IMG/VR virus record: IMGVR_UViG_3300032249_001455
Location: 1-64,000 of that record
Source: a virus
DNA: 64,000 nucleotides
Reading direction: 5' to 3' (one strand)
Each line of letters opens with the position of its first letter. Positions within the stretch are counted from its first letter, which is position 1. Below the pieces are notes generated by a model. That model saw only the letters and a program-made list of their open reading frames with translations. It did no database searches and was not told where the DNA came from. The position numbers were made by a program, and so were the translations under genes. This document shows positions 9,588-20,582 of the stretch, in pieces.

Positions 9588-10617
9588 AATTCAGCGTGAT
9601 ATTTCTAGAGAAACCAGTCAAATACCGAAAATTGCCATCGTGTACTACTGCTGGGCCACTAGCGATTGGAAACAACGCGCCACTTTCGCCTTTGAAAGGT
9701 TGAAGCGTTCTGGGTTGTACGATGCCGCGGATGAATTGTACTTCTTGGTCGCGGACACAGAGGAGAACAGAGATGAGGTTGAGAATCTTGTAAGAAAATT
9801 TCCCAAATTCGCATTGGAGTACGAGGAAGTAAATCTCGGGTCGGAATATAGGGCGATTAAAAAAGTTCAGGAAATAGGCAACCGGAGCGATGAATACAAC
9901 ATCCTTTATTTCCACGCCAAAGGCGTCCACAACAAGTACTCAAATGTAATTGAACGCAAAGAATTAGACGAATTGAGGATAAAGGGAATCAACTGCTGGA
10001 CTGAAATGCTGACATACTTCGTCGTGGACAGGTGGACAGAGTGCGTCGCCAAACTGAATGATGGTTTTGATACCGCTGGTGCAGCCTGCCACTACAGGTG
10101 GTGGTGGGGAAATTTCTGGTGGGCGTCCTCCCGACACGTCAAAAAACTGATAAAGTTTGAAGGAGGCACTAGGTGGTACTGTGAGTCCTGGCTCCACGAG
10201 GGACGGGACAATTCCGAATGGGAGTCAATAAGGTTCTTCGAGCACAATAAGTTTAGATACCATCCCTACTTCAGCGTCATCCCCAGATACATTTATGAAG
10301 ATGGCGGCTCCAATGTCGCGATCAATATAATCAAGGCAGAATACGGATGTTTCGGTGAGCAGATTGACGAGGGGCGTCCGGCTCCCCGGAGTCCAGATGT
10401 TATAGATGTCACCGAAAAGGTCAGAGAACTCTCGCCCCCAGATCAGATAATTTACCCGAAGCACTTGCTTGAACAACTTCATTCTTGTGACGGAGAAAAA
10501 TACATAAGAGTTTACTTCTCTACATCTAGGGAGCCGGACGCGAATTATATTGTAACGAGCCACCCTATTTTCGACGACATCGGACTTTTTGTGCCGCCTA
10601 GAACAGAAGGAAATTAA
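9580..10617 (+). CDS. Glycan-modification-associated protein
   Basis: ILYFHAKG and GNFWWA motifs seen in viral GT-cluster proteins; operon context. Confidence 0.6.
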   Translation: MTEIQRDISRETSQIPKIAIVYYCWATSDWKQRATFAFERLKRSGLYDAADELYFLVADTEENRDEVENLVRKFPKFALEYEEVNLGSEYRAIKKVQEIGNRSDEYNILYFHAKGVHNKYSNVIERKELDELRIKGINCWTEMLTYFVVDRWTECVAKLNDGFDTAGAACHYRWWWGNFWWASSRHVKKLIKFEGGTRWYCESWLHEGRDNSEWESIRFFEHNKFRYHPYFSVIPRYIYEDGGSNVAINIIKAEYGCFGEQIDEGRPAPRSPDVIDVTEKVRELSPPDQIIYPKHLLEQLHSCDGEKYIRVYFSTSREPDANYIVTSHPIFDDIGLFVPPRTEGN

Positions 10618-11285
10618 TGAAACTTAGTGAAATAGCCAAGGCCTACCCGACCGACAAGGATTTTACCCACAACTATTACGAGGCGGCATACGAGTCTGCT
10701 TTTAGTTCTATAAGAGAAGAGGTCAAGCTTGTCTGCGAGATAGGCATAGGGGGCTTCTGGAATGAAGTGGGGTGGGTTCACGGCAACTCCCTAAAGGTTT
10801 GGAGGGACTACTTTCCGAACGCCGACATTCTTGGATTGGACATAAAAGAATATCAGATAGAAGACCTGGGCAGAATAAGGACGGGCTGGCTGGATCAGTC
10901 CAAGAAGGATCTGGTGGTGGATTACGCGTCAAAACTGAAGGACTACGATCTGATAGTGGACGACGGATCGCACAACATATATGACCAGCAGATCACGCTG
11001 GCCTATTTTTTCAAATGCCTCAAGCCGGGGGGCATATACATACTGGAAGACCTGCACAGCAGCATAGAGGTAAATGACCTTGAGAAGGCGAAGTTCTGGG
11101 GCTGGGGAGAGGCCGGACACATAACTCCGCTCCAGATGCTGGAGCATCATATCGGCACCAAAGAAATAATCAGCGATTATTTGGATGAGGGCGAAAAACA
11201 GTATCTGGAGCAGAGCATAGACAAAATAGAGGTGTTTCACATAGGACCCACTAGCATCACATCAATAATTAGAAAGAAGATCTGA
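10617..11285 (+). CDS. Class I SAM-dependent (sugar O-)methyltransferase
   Basis: TDK, EIGIGG, SLKVWRDYFPNA, IVDDGSH and GGIYILEDLH motifs. Confidence 0.85.
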   Translation: MKLSEIAKAYPTDKDFTHNYYEAAYESAFSSIREEVKLVCEIGIGGFWNEVGWVHGNSLKVWRDYFPNADILGLDIKEYQIEDLGRIRTGWLDQSKKDLVVDYASKLKDYDLIVDDGSHNIYDQQITLAYFFKCLKPGGIYILEDLHSSIEVNDLEKAKFWGWGEAGHITPLQMLEHHIGTKEIISDYLDEGEKQYLEQSIDKIEVFHIGPTSITSIIRKKI

Positions 11286-12826
11286 TGCTGACAGACCTCC
11301 CGGAAGGAACTAGAGTTTGCGGGGAAGGCAACATAAGCTGGTTCCCAGAAAGACAGGTGAAGCTTGTTGAATTTCTGAAACAGATCAAGCCTGTGACCAT
11401 TTTGGAAACGGGATTCAACATGGGTCATTCTGCGCATCTCATATGTCAAACAATTCACGAATTGAAGAAGAAATGTTCTGATTATTCAAAAGTTCATGTT
11501 GACTTTTACATCTTTGATATATGCGAACACGAGTGCGTCAGGCACAATTTTGAGATACTCAAGAGCTATTGGCGCGATTGCGTGAGCCTGCATTTGACGG
11601 AGGGCGATTCCGCCAAGACGCTCCCCGACTTTGTGTCCAGGTTCCAGGGCAGATTTGATTTTGCCGAAATAGACGGCAACCATACCTTTGACGGGGTCCA
11701 AAACGACATAAGAAGCGTCGTCGGCGAAATGGAAGAGGGCGGCGTGATTTATGTGGATGACTACAAGTCTTCCAAATTCAGGTTTGAAGGGCTGGATGCG
11801 GGCGTGGATGAATTTTCATGGGAAAGTTTTGAAATCGGCAGCATTGACGGTTTGTTCTGGGCCACAAAAAAGCAAAAGAAATGTGACTTGCTTTTGCACA
11901 ACCCCAACAGCGATTTTATGAGGGAATTCCGGGATCACTCGGCGTTTTGGGACGAGATAGTCGCCGTTCTGTCGGAGAGTTGCAATGTTTTTGAAAACAG
12001 AGGCGACGCCACAACCCAAGAAGATTTGAACATTCACCTTTCCAGGCGAACCCGAGACCACCTTCAGGTCAAGAACTGCGAGATGGTCATAGAAAACTTG
12101 GACACGGGGGACTTCTATGTCCTCTCCTTGGCAGACCAGATAAGCCCAGCCGTGCTAGCGGAGCAAGACAACCCCCATCTGAAGATGGTACTCTACAGCC
12201 AGTACGTACCCGATCAGATTTTGTTCCACGCTGGAAAGAACGCCCACAAGTACCGCCCTTGGATATATTTCCCCCAGAACAGCGCCGACTTTGACGGCCT
12301 GTATGCCAAAAGGCAGGACATGGCCGAGCTAAAGGAGAAAATGTATTTCAAGGGAACAAGGGAATACAGGCCTATCATCGGCCACATAGACCCGTCCCTA
12401 TTGTCGGACAACGGGGGACTGGGCTACCGCGAATACCTTGAGGAAATGATGGGCTACCGCCTTGCTTTGAGCATAGGAGGGGCGGCGAACGGTGATATAT
12501 GCTACCGCGATGTGGAATGCATGGCTCTTGGAGTCCCGATGATCAGATTTGAATATGTCGTCGGATTAGACCCTAATTTAATTCCCAACTACCATTATTT
12601 TTCAATCCCCCTTCCCGACGATCTGCCCCTTCAGAACGCTGTCAAAAAGGACAGGTTGGGACTGAAGAGGCATGCGGAGATGATAGAACAGAGGTTCAGG
12701 GAGGTGGTCGGAGACTTGGATTACCTCAATTTCGTATCAAACAATGCCCGTAGGTACTATGAAGAGAACCTCTCCCCCAAAGTCAGGGCTAGAAACACTC
12801 TTATGAAATTAGGATTAATAAAATGA
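11285..12826 (+). CDS. Methyltransferase plus glycosyltransferase-like fusion
   Basis: LETGFNMGHSA, EGDS, IDGNH, VDDY in the N-domain; CYRDVE..ALG.P, L.PNYHY in a GT-B-like C-domain. Confidence 0.7.
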   Translation: MLTDLPEGTRVCGEGNISWFPERQVKLVEFLKQIKPVTILETGFNMGHSAHLICQTIHELKKKCSDYSKVHVDFYIFDICEHECVRHNFEILKSYWRDCVSLHLTEGDSAKTLPDFVSRFQGRFDFAEIDGNHTFDGVQNDIRSVVGEMEEGGVIYVDDYKSSKFRFEGLDAGVDEFSWESFEIGSIDGLFWATKKQKKCDLLLHNPNSDFMREFRDHSAFWDEIVAVLSESCNVFENRGDATTQEDLNIHLSRRTRDHLQVKNCEMVIENLDTGDFYVLSLADQISPAVLAEQDNPHLKMVLYSQYVPDQILFHAGKNAHKYRPWIYFPQNSADFDGLYAKRQDMAELKEKMYFKGTREYRPIIGHIDPSLLSDNGGLGYREYLEEMMGYRLALSIGGAANGDICYRDVECMALGVPMIRFEYVVGLDPNLIPNYHYFSIPLPDDLPLQNAVKKDRLGLKRHAEMIEQRFREVVGDLDYLNFVSNNARRYYEENLSPKVRARNTLMKLGLIK

Positions 12827-14508
12827 ACAAAAATGTGACGATAGTTACGGGTCTCTGGGATCTAGGCAGAGGGGATATGGACGGCTGGGCGAAGAGAGAT
12901 TTCTCCCATTACAAGGACAAATTTTTTGAACTTTTGAAGTGCGACGCACAGATGTGCATCTGGATTCCCGAAACCATCAGGGGTGAAGTTGAGGAGATTA
13001 GGGGCGACAAGCCGACAAAAATATTCATCAAGAACAATTCCGACTTCAAGACTTGGAATCCTTTTTTCAACAAAATACAAGAATTGAGGAATGATCCTTC
13101 ATGGAAGAATTTCGCGGGATGGCTCCCCGGATCGCCCCAGGCGGCACTGGAATACTACAACGCGATGATGTTCACGAAGATGTTCATGCTCAATGATTCG
13201 GCAATAACCAATCCGTTCTCGAGCGAGTATTTCTTCTGGATGGACGGAGGATTGACAAATACTGTGAACGCGGGGTATTTCCTCCATGACATGGTTCTTG
13301 ATAATCTGGATAGATATGTTCTGAAGAGCGGCAGCAAGTTCGTCTTCATTTCCTATCCGTACGATGGCAACGACGAAATCCACGGCTTTGAGCGGAAGGC
13401 CATGGCTCGGTACTGCGATGTGGATTTCGTCAATTATGTCTGCCGTGGCGGTTTCTTCGGCGGATCCAAGGAGAACGTTCACGCCTTGAATGACCTTCAT
13501 TACGGCGTCATGAAGTCCACATTGGATGAGGGCTTCATGGGAGCCGACGAGTGCATTTTCACAATCCTCGCCCACAGGAATCCTGAACTAACACATAGGT
13601 TTGAAATATCGGGCGACGGCCTTGTGTGGCCTTTCTTTGAGAATTTGAAGGAGTTCACGGAGGACAAGATGAGGCATGATCCCTCTTTCTCCGACCCGGA
13701 TAACACCGCAATATATGTGATAACCTTCAATAGCCCCTCGCAGTTTGAGGCTCTTCTGCAGAGCATGGAGACCTACGACAATGACTTTATAACTAGACCG
13801 AGGCGGAAGTATCTGTTGGACAACTCCTCCGATCTCTCCACCACCGAGAAATACAAATCTATCTGCGAGAGATACGGATACGAACACATAAAAAAAGACA
13901 ATCTCGGAATATGCGGAGGCAGGCAGTTTGTTGCCGAACACGCGGAGGAGAACGGCTTTGATTTCTATGTGTTTTTTGAAGACGACATGTTCTTTTACTC
14001 GGGGCCGGATTCGTACTGCAAGAACGGGTTCAGAAGAAAAGTCGCAGACTTGTACAAGAACTCCATAAGTATCATAAGGGAAAACGGCTTTGACTTTCTC
14101 AAGTTGTCTTTCACGGAATTCTACGGGGACAACGGAACCCAGTGGTCCTGGTACAACGTTCCGCAGGATGTCAGAGAGAAATACTTTACTGAAAAGACCA
14201 AGTTGCCCGTCATGGGAACTGATCCGAACGCGCCGAGGACAAAATTTGACAGGATAAGGGTTTTAAATGGAATTCCTTACATAGATGGAGAGATATACTA
14301 CTGCAACTGGCCCCAGGTCGTAAGCCGAAGCGGCAACAAAAAGATGTTCCTCACCGAACGGTGGGCCCATCCCTACGAGGGCACATGGATGTCATATATT
14401 TTCCAAGAGACAAAGAAGGGCAACATCCGCCCCGGCCTCCTCTTGGCTTCGCCCACACAGCACGAACGCAGAGATTTCTACGACGGAAAATTGAGGAAGG
14501 AATCTTAG
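12823..14508 (+). CDS. HtrL/WlaTC-like glycosyltransferase fused to GT-A domain
   Basis: TIVTGLWDLGR, NPFSSEYFFWMDGG, GGFFGG, ADE; second domain with FFEDD. Confidence 0.75.
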   Translation: MNKNVTIVTGLWDLGRGDMDGWAKRDFSHYKDKFFELLKCDAQMCIWIPETIRGEVEEIRGDKPTKIFIKNNSDFKTWNPFFNKIQELRNDPSWKNFAGWLPGSPQAALEYYNAMMFTKMFMLNDSAITNPFSSEYFFWMDGGLTNTVNAGYFLHDMVLDNLDRYVLKSGSKFVFISYPYDGNDEIHGFERKAMARYCDVDFVNYVCRGGFFGGSKENVHALNDLHYGVMKSTLDEGFMGADECIFTILAHRNPELTHRFEISGDGLVWPFFENLKEFTEDKMRHDPSFSDPDNTAIYVITFNSPSQFEALLQSMETYDNDFITRPRRKYLLDNSSDLSTTEKYKSICERYGYEHIKKDNLGICGGRQFVAEHAEENGFDFYVFFEDDMFFYSGPDSYCKNGFRRKVADLYKNSISIIRENGFDFLKLSFTEFYGDNGTQWSWYNVPQDVREKYFTEKTKLPVMGTDPNAPRTKFDRIRVLNGIPYIDGEIYYCNWPQVVSRSGNKKMFLTERWAHPYEGTWMSYIFQETKKGNIRPGLLLASPTQHERRDFYDGKLRKES

Positions 14509-14783
14509 TCCCAATGTTCTGTTCCGTTCTCGTCGAAGTAGTGAAGTACCCAACCATTAGTTGAATAATACTTCCTGTCAACCTTGATTTTGCCGTTGTG
14601 GATTTTTCTGTGACACACGGCACATGTGGTCACCGTATTTAATTCCACATATTCGCCCCCGATTTCTCCCGGGACTATTCTGTGGACATCCAGGGCGCAG
14701 TAGTCGTCCTCCCCGCAGAAGTGGCACTTCTTGTCCGACTTCTTTTTGATTGCCTTGTTGATTAGTCTTTTCTTTCTCGGCAT
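14505..14783 (-). CDS. Small HNH endonuclease
   Basis: CHFCG...VHRIVPG...N....CAVCHRKIH. Confidence 0.8.
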   Translation of the reverse strand: MPRKKRLINKAIKKKSDKKCHFCGEDDYCALDVHRIVPGEIGGEYVELNTVTTCAVCHRKIHNGKIKVDRKYYSTNGWVLHYFDENGTEHWD

Positions 14784-14820
14784 TGCATGATAAAATAGTA
14801 GAAATCCATGGATTGCTCCG

Positions 14821-15852
14821 ATGCGAATTGAAAATGAAGTCAAGTTGGATTATTCCGATGTTCTCATCTGCCCGAAGAGGTCCGAATCCCCCAGCAGGAA
14901 GAATGTAAACCTCCACAGGAAGTTCAGGTTTCTGAACTCCGGAGCGGACTGGGAGGGGGTTCCGATAGTCGCCGCGAACATGTCCACGGTCGGGACTTTC
15001 GCCATGGCCAAGGCTCTCGCGGAATACGACATGCCGGTGTGCCTTCACAAGCACTACTCCACATCGCAGCTTGTCGACTTTTTCGGAGACAACGATTCTT
15101 TCTATACGCTCGGAATAAAGGACGAGGACTTTGAAAAGCTAGAAGATTTCAGGGGCAGGCACGGCGATCCCAAATATGTCTGCCTCGATGTGGCCAACGG
15201 CTACACGAGGTTCTTCGTGGAGAGGTGCAAGAGGCTCCGGGGAGCCCTGCCGAAAAGTGTTCTGATGGCGGGCAACGTATGCACGCCAGAGATGGTTCAG
15301 GAACTCCTGCTTTCGGGCGGGGTTGACATCGTCAAGATAGGAATAGGCCCCGGATCCGCATGTACCACTCGAATTGTGACTGGCTGTGGTTTCCCGCAGC
15401 TGAGTGCATGCATTGAGTGTGCCGACGCCGCCCACGGCCTCAGGGGTCACATCGTCGCGGACGGAGGATGCACCACGCCGGGCGACGTCGCCAAGGCCTT
15501 CGGAGCCGGTGCCGACTTTGTGATGCTCGGAGGGATGCTGAGCGGACACAACGAGTGCGAGGGGGACTGGGAACTTGACGAGTACGGCAACCGGGAATTC
15601 TTCAGGTTCTACGGAATGAGTAGCGACGAGGCCATGGAGAAGTTCAACGGCGGCAAGGCGAGGTACAAGGCCAGCGAGGGAAGAAGCGCCAAGGTTCCGT
15701 ACAGGGGGCCGGTGAAGTTCACCGTGGAGGAGATTCTCGGAGGCTTGAGGAGCGCCTGCACCTATGTGGGTACCGAAAACCTGAAGGACTTGAGCAAGTG
15801 CTGCAAATTTGTTAGAGTGAACAACACCCACAATAGAATATTTGAGAACTGA
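14821..15852 (+). CDS. guaC: GMP reductase
   Basis: [53 protein letters not shown]. Confidence 0.93.
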   Translation: MRIENEVKLDYSDVLICPKRSESPSRKNVNLHRKFRFLNSGADWEGVPIVAANMSTVGTFAMAKALAEYDMPVCLHKHYSTSQLVDFFGDNDSFYTLGIKDEDFEKLEDFRGRHGDPKYVCLDVANGYTRFFVERCKRLRGALPKSVLMAGNVCTPEMVQELLLSGGVDIVKIGIGPGSACTTRIVTGCGFPQLSACIECADAAHGLRGHIVADGGCTTPGDVAKAFGAGADFVMLGGMLSGHNECEGDWELDEYGNREFFRFYGMSSDEAMEKFNGGKARYKASEGRSAKVPYRGPVKFTVEEILGGLRSACTYVGTENLKDLSKCCKFVRVNNTHNRIFEN

Positions 15853-15875
15853 GTCGGACGCGACTAGGTTACGAC

Positions 15876-17483
15876 ATGCATGAATTTGAAGACGAACCTC
15901 TGTCGGACGCCGAGCAGGCGGAACTCGACAAACTCACCAACCCGGATGACAATCCCGACGAAAAGTACAAGTGGGACGAGGAATTCCAGAGGACGATAAT
16001 CGGGCTTCTGCTCAACGACAGGTGGTTTGCGACACAGTGTCAGGACCTCATAAAGCCTTCTTATTTCGTAGACGAACGGCACCAGCTCGTGTGCCGGATA
16101 CTGTTTGATCACATAGATTCCTACAAGACGATTCCTTCGAAGACGCTCGTGATGCAGGAGGTGAAGGACAAGACCGCAAACAAGGACGAGCAGTCTAGAT
16201 TTCATTACACCGCAGAAATAGAACTGATATACAAAAAGTATGTCCCGGGACTCGACACAAGAGAGGCCTTTCTCAACAAGATAATAAACTTTGCCAAGCT
16301 GATGGCTCTAAAGGTCGCCTTTGATCAGTCCCTCGGCCTCATAAAGAGGAATCCCGAGAGCGAGGACACGTGGATAAAAATTCAAGGCGTTCTGAAGGGA
16401 GCCCTTCTCGTGGACAGGAACTTCGAGGAGGGACTGAACTACTTCCAGACCTTCGAGGAGCGGTACGAGAGGATGCAGAAGGATGAGGAGACGAGGGAGA
16501 GGTTCACGAGCGGGTTTGACAGGATAGACGACGCCCTCCTCGGGGGCGGGTGTCACCGTGGCGAGATTTATTCGTGGATCGGAATGAGCGGAAGCGGAAA
16601 GTCCCTCGCCCTTGTCGGAGCCGCCCTTCAGAACGTCGTCAGGCTCGGCAAGAAGGTTCTGTACGTGTCTCTTGAAATGGGAGAGGACGCCATAGCCGAA
16701 AGATTTGACGCCCAGCTTTCGGGGGTGGACATCAACAAACTACAAGAATACAGAGAAAAGGTCAGGGCTGCCTTCGAGGACAAGCTCCGCGACAAGGAGG
16801 ACAAGCGCCTTCTAATAATAAAGCAGTTTCCCGCCGGAAGCATGACTGTCGCGACCCTCAGAGCCTACATGCAGCAGCTTCAGCTCGTGGGATTCATCCC
16901 CGATCTTGTCGTCATAGACTACATCGGCGAAATGAAGGACTATCCCGGCATTCCAACGTACGAATCCAGATACAGGATGGTCCGCGACCTCCGGGGACTC
17001 GCCACGGAGGAGAACATCTGCATATTCACCGCCATGCAGCCGAACAAGGACGCCCGCGAGGCCCAGAAGAAGGACGGCCTGGGCGACGGCGTCATAGACG
17101 ACACCAATCTCGCTGACTCCTACGGGCAGATCAGACCCCTTGACGGGTGTTGGAGCATAAATCAGATGCAGGCCGAGAAGGAGGCCGGCATAGCCCGCAT
17201 ATTCGTCATCAAGCACAGGCACGGCAAGAGCAGGTTCACATTCTGGGCCCAGTTTGACAAGGAGACGCTCCAAATAAAGCAGATAGCGGAGGACGTCTAC
17301 AACAAAATATGGAAGGAATACTCTTTCAAGAAGACGGAGCGCGCTTCCGACATGGACATGCAGGCCGAGATGCTCGCCTCCAAGACAAAGAAGAAAAAGA
17401 TGCTGGAGAACGACGCGGGGTACGATGATCCCGACTCTCCCGACGTACAACCGCCATTAGAAGAAGGAGAAAAGGGTGACTGA
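15876..17483 (+). CDS. Replicative DnaB/gp41-like helicase
   Basis: Walker A GMSGSGKS, YVSLEM, IKQFP, VIDY, K.RHG. Confidence 0.9.
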   Translation: MHEFEDEPLSDAEQAELDKLTNPDDNPDEKYKWDEEFQRTIIGLLLNDRWFATQCQDLIKPSYFVDERHQLVCRILFDHIDSYKTIPSKTLVMQEVKDKTANKDEQSRFHYTAEIELIYKKYVPGLDTREAFLNKIINFAKLMALKVAFDQSLGLIKRNPESEDTWIKIQGVLKGALLVDRNFEEGLNYFQTFEERYERMQKDEETRERFTSGFDRIDDALLGGGCHRGEIYSWIGMSGSGKSLALVGAALQNVVRLGKKVLYVSLEMGEDAIAERFDAQLSGVDINKLQEYREKVRAAFEDKLRDKEDKRLLIIKQFPAGSMTVATLRAYMQQLQLVGFIPDLVVIDYIGEMKDYPGIPTYESRYRMVRDLRGLATEENICIFTAMQPNKDAREAQKKDGLGDGVIDDTNLADSYGQIRPLDGCWSINQMQAEKEAGIARIFVIKHRHGKSRFTFWAQFDKETLQIKQIAEDVYNKIWKEYSFKKTERASDMDMQAEMLASKTKKKKMLENDAGYDDPDSPDVQPPLEEGEKGD

Positions 17484-18006
17484 AATAAACGACCTCGTAC
17501 CGAAGGGCGATGCCGACAGGGTCGCGCCCCACGCGCAGACCACGATAAAGATAGGCGGCCAGGAGATCGTCCTGGACAACACAAGGCTGTCTTTCAACGA
17601 GATTAGCCTCAATAATTTCATGGAGAACCTCGCCCTCTGGTACGACTACTTCAGCCAGAAGCTCGCAGAGGCCGAGGCCATACTGGCCTACAAGGAGTAT
17701 GAGTATGACATACTTTTCTCCGCCTCTTACGAGAAGAGCAAGGAGGAGGGGTGTACTGACAAGCTTGCGGAGGCAAGCACAAAGAAGGACGCAAATGTCT
17801 GCGAGGCCAAGAGGGAGATCATCGGAGCCAAGCACAAGGTCACTCTCATTAAGCAGCACCTCAAGGCGTGGGACAAGGCCCATGAGAACGCGATGAGCAG
17901 GGGTCACATGGTGCGCAAGGAGATGGACAAGCTTAACACCGACATCGTATTCAAGAACCGGGACGACGCGGTGAGCGGCATCGTAGGCAGAAGCCGTTCC
18001 GAATGA
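17476..18006 (+). CDS. UvsY-like recombination mediator
   Basis: Helical protein with TDKLAEA...D pattern, located between helicase and SSB/UvsX. Confidence 0.55.
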   Translation: MTEINDLVPKGDADRVAPHAQTTIKIGGQEIVLDNTRLSFNEISLNNFMENLALWYDYFSQKLAEAEAILAYKEYEYDILFSASYEKSKEEGCTDKLAEASTKKDANVCEAKREIIGAKHKVTLIKQHLKAWDKAHENAMSRGHMVRKEMDKLNTDIVFKNRDDAVSGIVGRSRSE

Positions 18007-18644
18007 GGCGTGGTGTGGATTTCCTCGTAGATCCCGACAACATAACGAAGTACGACTGCACGGATCACGAGCTTCAGCTCGTGCTTCTTTTCTGGATATG
18101 CGCCGCGGGCAAGAAGGCATCCACCGCGGCGCGAAACCTGAGCCGCATGCTTTCCCATGGCAGGGATAGATTCGGCACGGACGAGCCGTTCGAGATAATC
18201 CGCAGGTTTGGAGCCGACCTTGCGGAATCCATGAGGGCGCATGGGATAGGATGCTACAACAACAAGAGCAGGTCAATGCTTGATCTGGCAAGCAGGAGGC
18301 TTGATCTCAAAAATTGCGGCGTCTCTGATCTTGAATCCGTTCGCGGCATAGGGCCGAAGACCTCCCGGTGTTTCCTCATGCACAGCAGGAGGGGAGCGAG
18401 GTACGCAGGCCTTGACACCCATGTTTTGAAGTACATGAGGGAAAAGGGAATAGATGTTCCCAAGTCTACTCCGACGGGAGGAAAGTACCTTGAGCTTGAG
18501 GCGAAGTTTCTGGAGATGGCCGACATATCAGGAAAGACAATTGCGGAGTTTGATCTTGAGATATGGAGGCACTACTCGGGAATCAGAAAAAAATACGCCG
18601 GGTCAGACGAGCGTCCGGCGGGGCCATTGCGATCAAGGCCATGA
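18003..18644 (+). CDS. HhH-GPD DNA glycosylase (EndoIII/Ogg-like)
   Basis: VRGIGPKTSRCFL and LDTHVLK motifs. Confidence 0.8.
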   Translation: MRRGVDFLVDPDNITKYDCTDHELQLVLLFWICAAGKKASTAARNLSRMLSHGRDRFGTDEPFEIIRRFGADLAESMRAHGIGCYNNKSRSMLDLASRRLDLKNCGVSDLESVRGIGPKTSRCFLMHSRRGARYAGLDTHVLKYMREKGIDVPKSTPTGGKYLELEAKFLEMADISGKTIAEFDLEIWRHYSGIRKKYAGSDERPAGPLRSRP

Positions 18645-18740
18645 TTCCTGCCCGGCTCTCTACTGCCTTTCCGCTTCGGCTTTTCACCTGTTGCCTCCAT
18701 GGGTTGGAGAACTAGTTTCTTTTTTAGCTAGATTATTGGC

Positions 18741-19361
18741 ATGGACTTGAACAGGCTGAAGTGCGATATAGATAAGGCTCTGTCTTCGGGCCTTTTGGGG
18801 ACGAGCGTCCTCCTTGGGCATCTTCGTCTGATAGACGAAGACTCCAGAAAAAGCCCCCAGTACCAGGACCCAAAGCATCTTCCTTTCTATTATCACCTCG
18901 CGAAGCATATAGGTCCCGCTTCCGTTCTGAACGTTGGCTTCAATCTCGCCCTTCCCCTTTGCTGTTTTTTGAAGGGCTCTTCTTCTGTCACAAGGGCGGT
19001 CGGCCTTCAGACATCATCTGCGGAGTTCTATTCTCCTCGTCTTGCCCTGGCCAACATCAGAGACGTGAAGGGCAGAAGGTTTCCTGTCGACTTCCATTTT
19101 GGCAAGGCCACCGACGAGAACCTCTCCAGAAAGGTTTCCGGCGGCGTTGACCTCGCCATGATCACGGAGAGGATTGGCTCGGATTTGCTTGATGTCCTGG
19201 AGGTGTGCTGGCAGAATCTGAATCTCGACGGTTTCGTAGTGCTTGACAGAGCCCCTCCCGAATCCGCAGAAGGCAGGCTTTTTTCGGATTTCTGCAGGTC
19301 AAAGAACAGAGACTTGATATTTTTTAATACGAGGTACGGAACCGCTCTTGCGATGAAATGA
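18741..19361 (+). CDS. Degenerate methyltransferase-fold protein
   Basis: SVLNVGF and LNLDGFVVLD resemble class I MTase elements. Confidence 0.45.
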   Translation: MDLNRLKCDIDKALSSGLLGTSVLLGHLRLIDEDSRKSPQYQDPKHLPFYYHLAKHIGPASVLNVGFNLALPLCCFLKGSSSVTRAVGLQTSSAEFYSPRLALANIRDVKGRRFPVDFHFGKATDENLSRKVSGGVDLAMITERIGSDLLDVLEVCWQNLNLDGFVVLDRAPPESAEGRLFSDFCRSKNRDLIFFNTRYGTALAMK

Positions 19362-19384
19362 AATGCCGCAGCTATTTTTAATAC

Positions 19385-20104
19385 ATGGGATACGAGATTT
19401 TTTACAGTTACAAGGAGGCCTTGGATAGTCCCGGCACTTACGGGGAAGAGGTCAAGACGAAAAGCGTCAAGGTGGGCAAGGTCACCGACGATGTCGGTCT
19501 GGAAGTCGTCGCGGGCAAGGTGATGAGCCAGCTCGCCCGGCGGAACATACTGATCGTGGACGTGGAGATATACGAGTATGCCAAGAAGAAACTGGGATAC
19601 AGGGAGGCCTCCGACGGCATCGTCATAAAGGGGAAGAAGTTTAGTTTTGATTCGGGGGCAGTGGTCACGACCGAAGACTTCGAGTCCGAGGACGATTTCA
19701 AGCCCGAAGACGACTTCAAGCCAGTGCCGTCGCCATCAAGGGATCTCGCCGACAAGTCGTGCCCCGTCAGGAGGAACCTTGCGAAGCGAGCGATCCGCCA
19801 GGAAATGTACGATCCCGATCCCGTAGGCGAGCAGAAGGTCAGACAGAAGGGCCTGAAGTTCACTATGGGCAGGAAGTACCCCGTCCATTCCGAGGAATCC
19901 CTCGGATCCACCCTCGTCTACAGCACCACCGACGACTCCGGAAAGGAAGTGAAGGTCAGCGCCGAGTACTTCGTCGCCGTTGGAGCCGGACTTTCGCAGG
20001 AGGACGAAGGGCCGAAGTACGTCGGAGCCGAGAACCAGAAGGAAGAGATAAACCTCTGGGGCAACTACGAGAGAACCGAAATGCCGGACATAAGGATAAG
20101 ATGA
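19385..20104 (+). CDS. Hypothetical protein
   Basis: 239-aa ORF with typical codon usage. Confidence 0.75.
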   Translation: MGYEIFYSYKEALDSPGTYGEEVKTKSVKVGKVTDDVGLEVVAGKVMSQLARRNILIVDVEIYEYAKKKLGYREASDGIVIKGKKFSFDSGAVVTTEDFESEDDFKPEDDFKPVPSPSRDLADKSCPVRRNLAKRAIRQEMYDPDPVGEQKVRQKGLKFTMGRKYPVHSEESLGSTLVYSTTDDSGKEVKVSAEYFVAVGAGLSQEDEGPKYVGAENQKEEINLWGNYERTEMPDIRIR

Positions 20105-20535
20105 TGACAACCAAGAAACAGCTTCAGAAGAAGAAGGCGCGCGAACTCAAGGGCAAGGCCAGAGCCGCGGCGCGGCGGCACAAGCTGGAGCAGATCAAGA
20201 GGGATGATAGAAGGGGCGCAAAACTGAACAGAAGGTTCAGGGAAAAGATCGTCCCATTCGTCAAGGATCCCGAGAAGAAGAAGGCCATAGAGGAAAAGAG
20301 CAATCAGAAGTCGATTGAGAAGCTTGAAAAGAACATGCAAATTCTCAAGGCTCTGGAGGAGGAGCATCTCAGGGAGGCCGAAGAAAGACGCAAGATCAAC
20401 GAGAGCCTCGAGGCCGAGGGCCACGTCACTCTCCAGGACAAGGTCAAGGCTCTTGAGGAGAAGGCCAGGTCAAGCCTTGATGAGGAGCAGGCTGCGTCGG
20501 GTGGCATAGATTTGACCGCGGAAACACCGTCGTGA
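20101..20535 (+). CDS. Hypothetical basic coiled-coil protein
   Basis: ATGA overlap at 20101 (MMTTKKQL...). Confidence 0.7.
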   Translation: MMTTKKQLQKKKARELKGKARAAARRHKLEQIKRDDRRGAKLNRRFREKIVPFVKDPEKKKAIEEKSNQKSIEKLEKNMQILKALEEEHLREAEERRKINESLEAEGHVTLQDKVKALEEKARSSLDEEQAASGGIDLTAETPS

Positions 20536-20553
20536 AAAATCTAGAAAAATCTA

Positions 20554-20582
20554 TTGACAGCCACCCTATATTACATTATAAC
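20554..20582 (+). promoter_or_regulatory. Strong sigma70-type promoter for the SSB gene
   Basis: TTGACA-17-TATAAC preceded by direct repeat gaaaaatcta x2. Confidence 0.75.
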
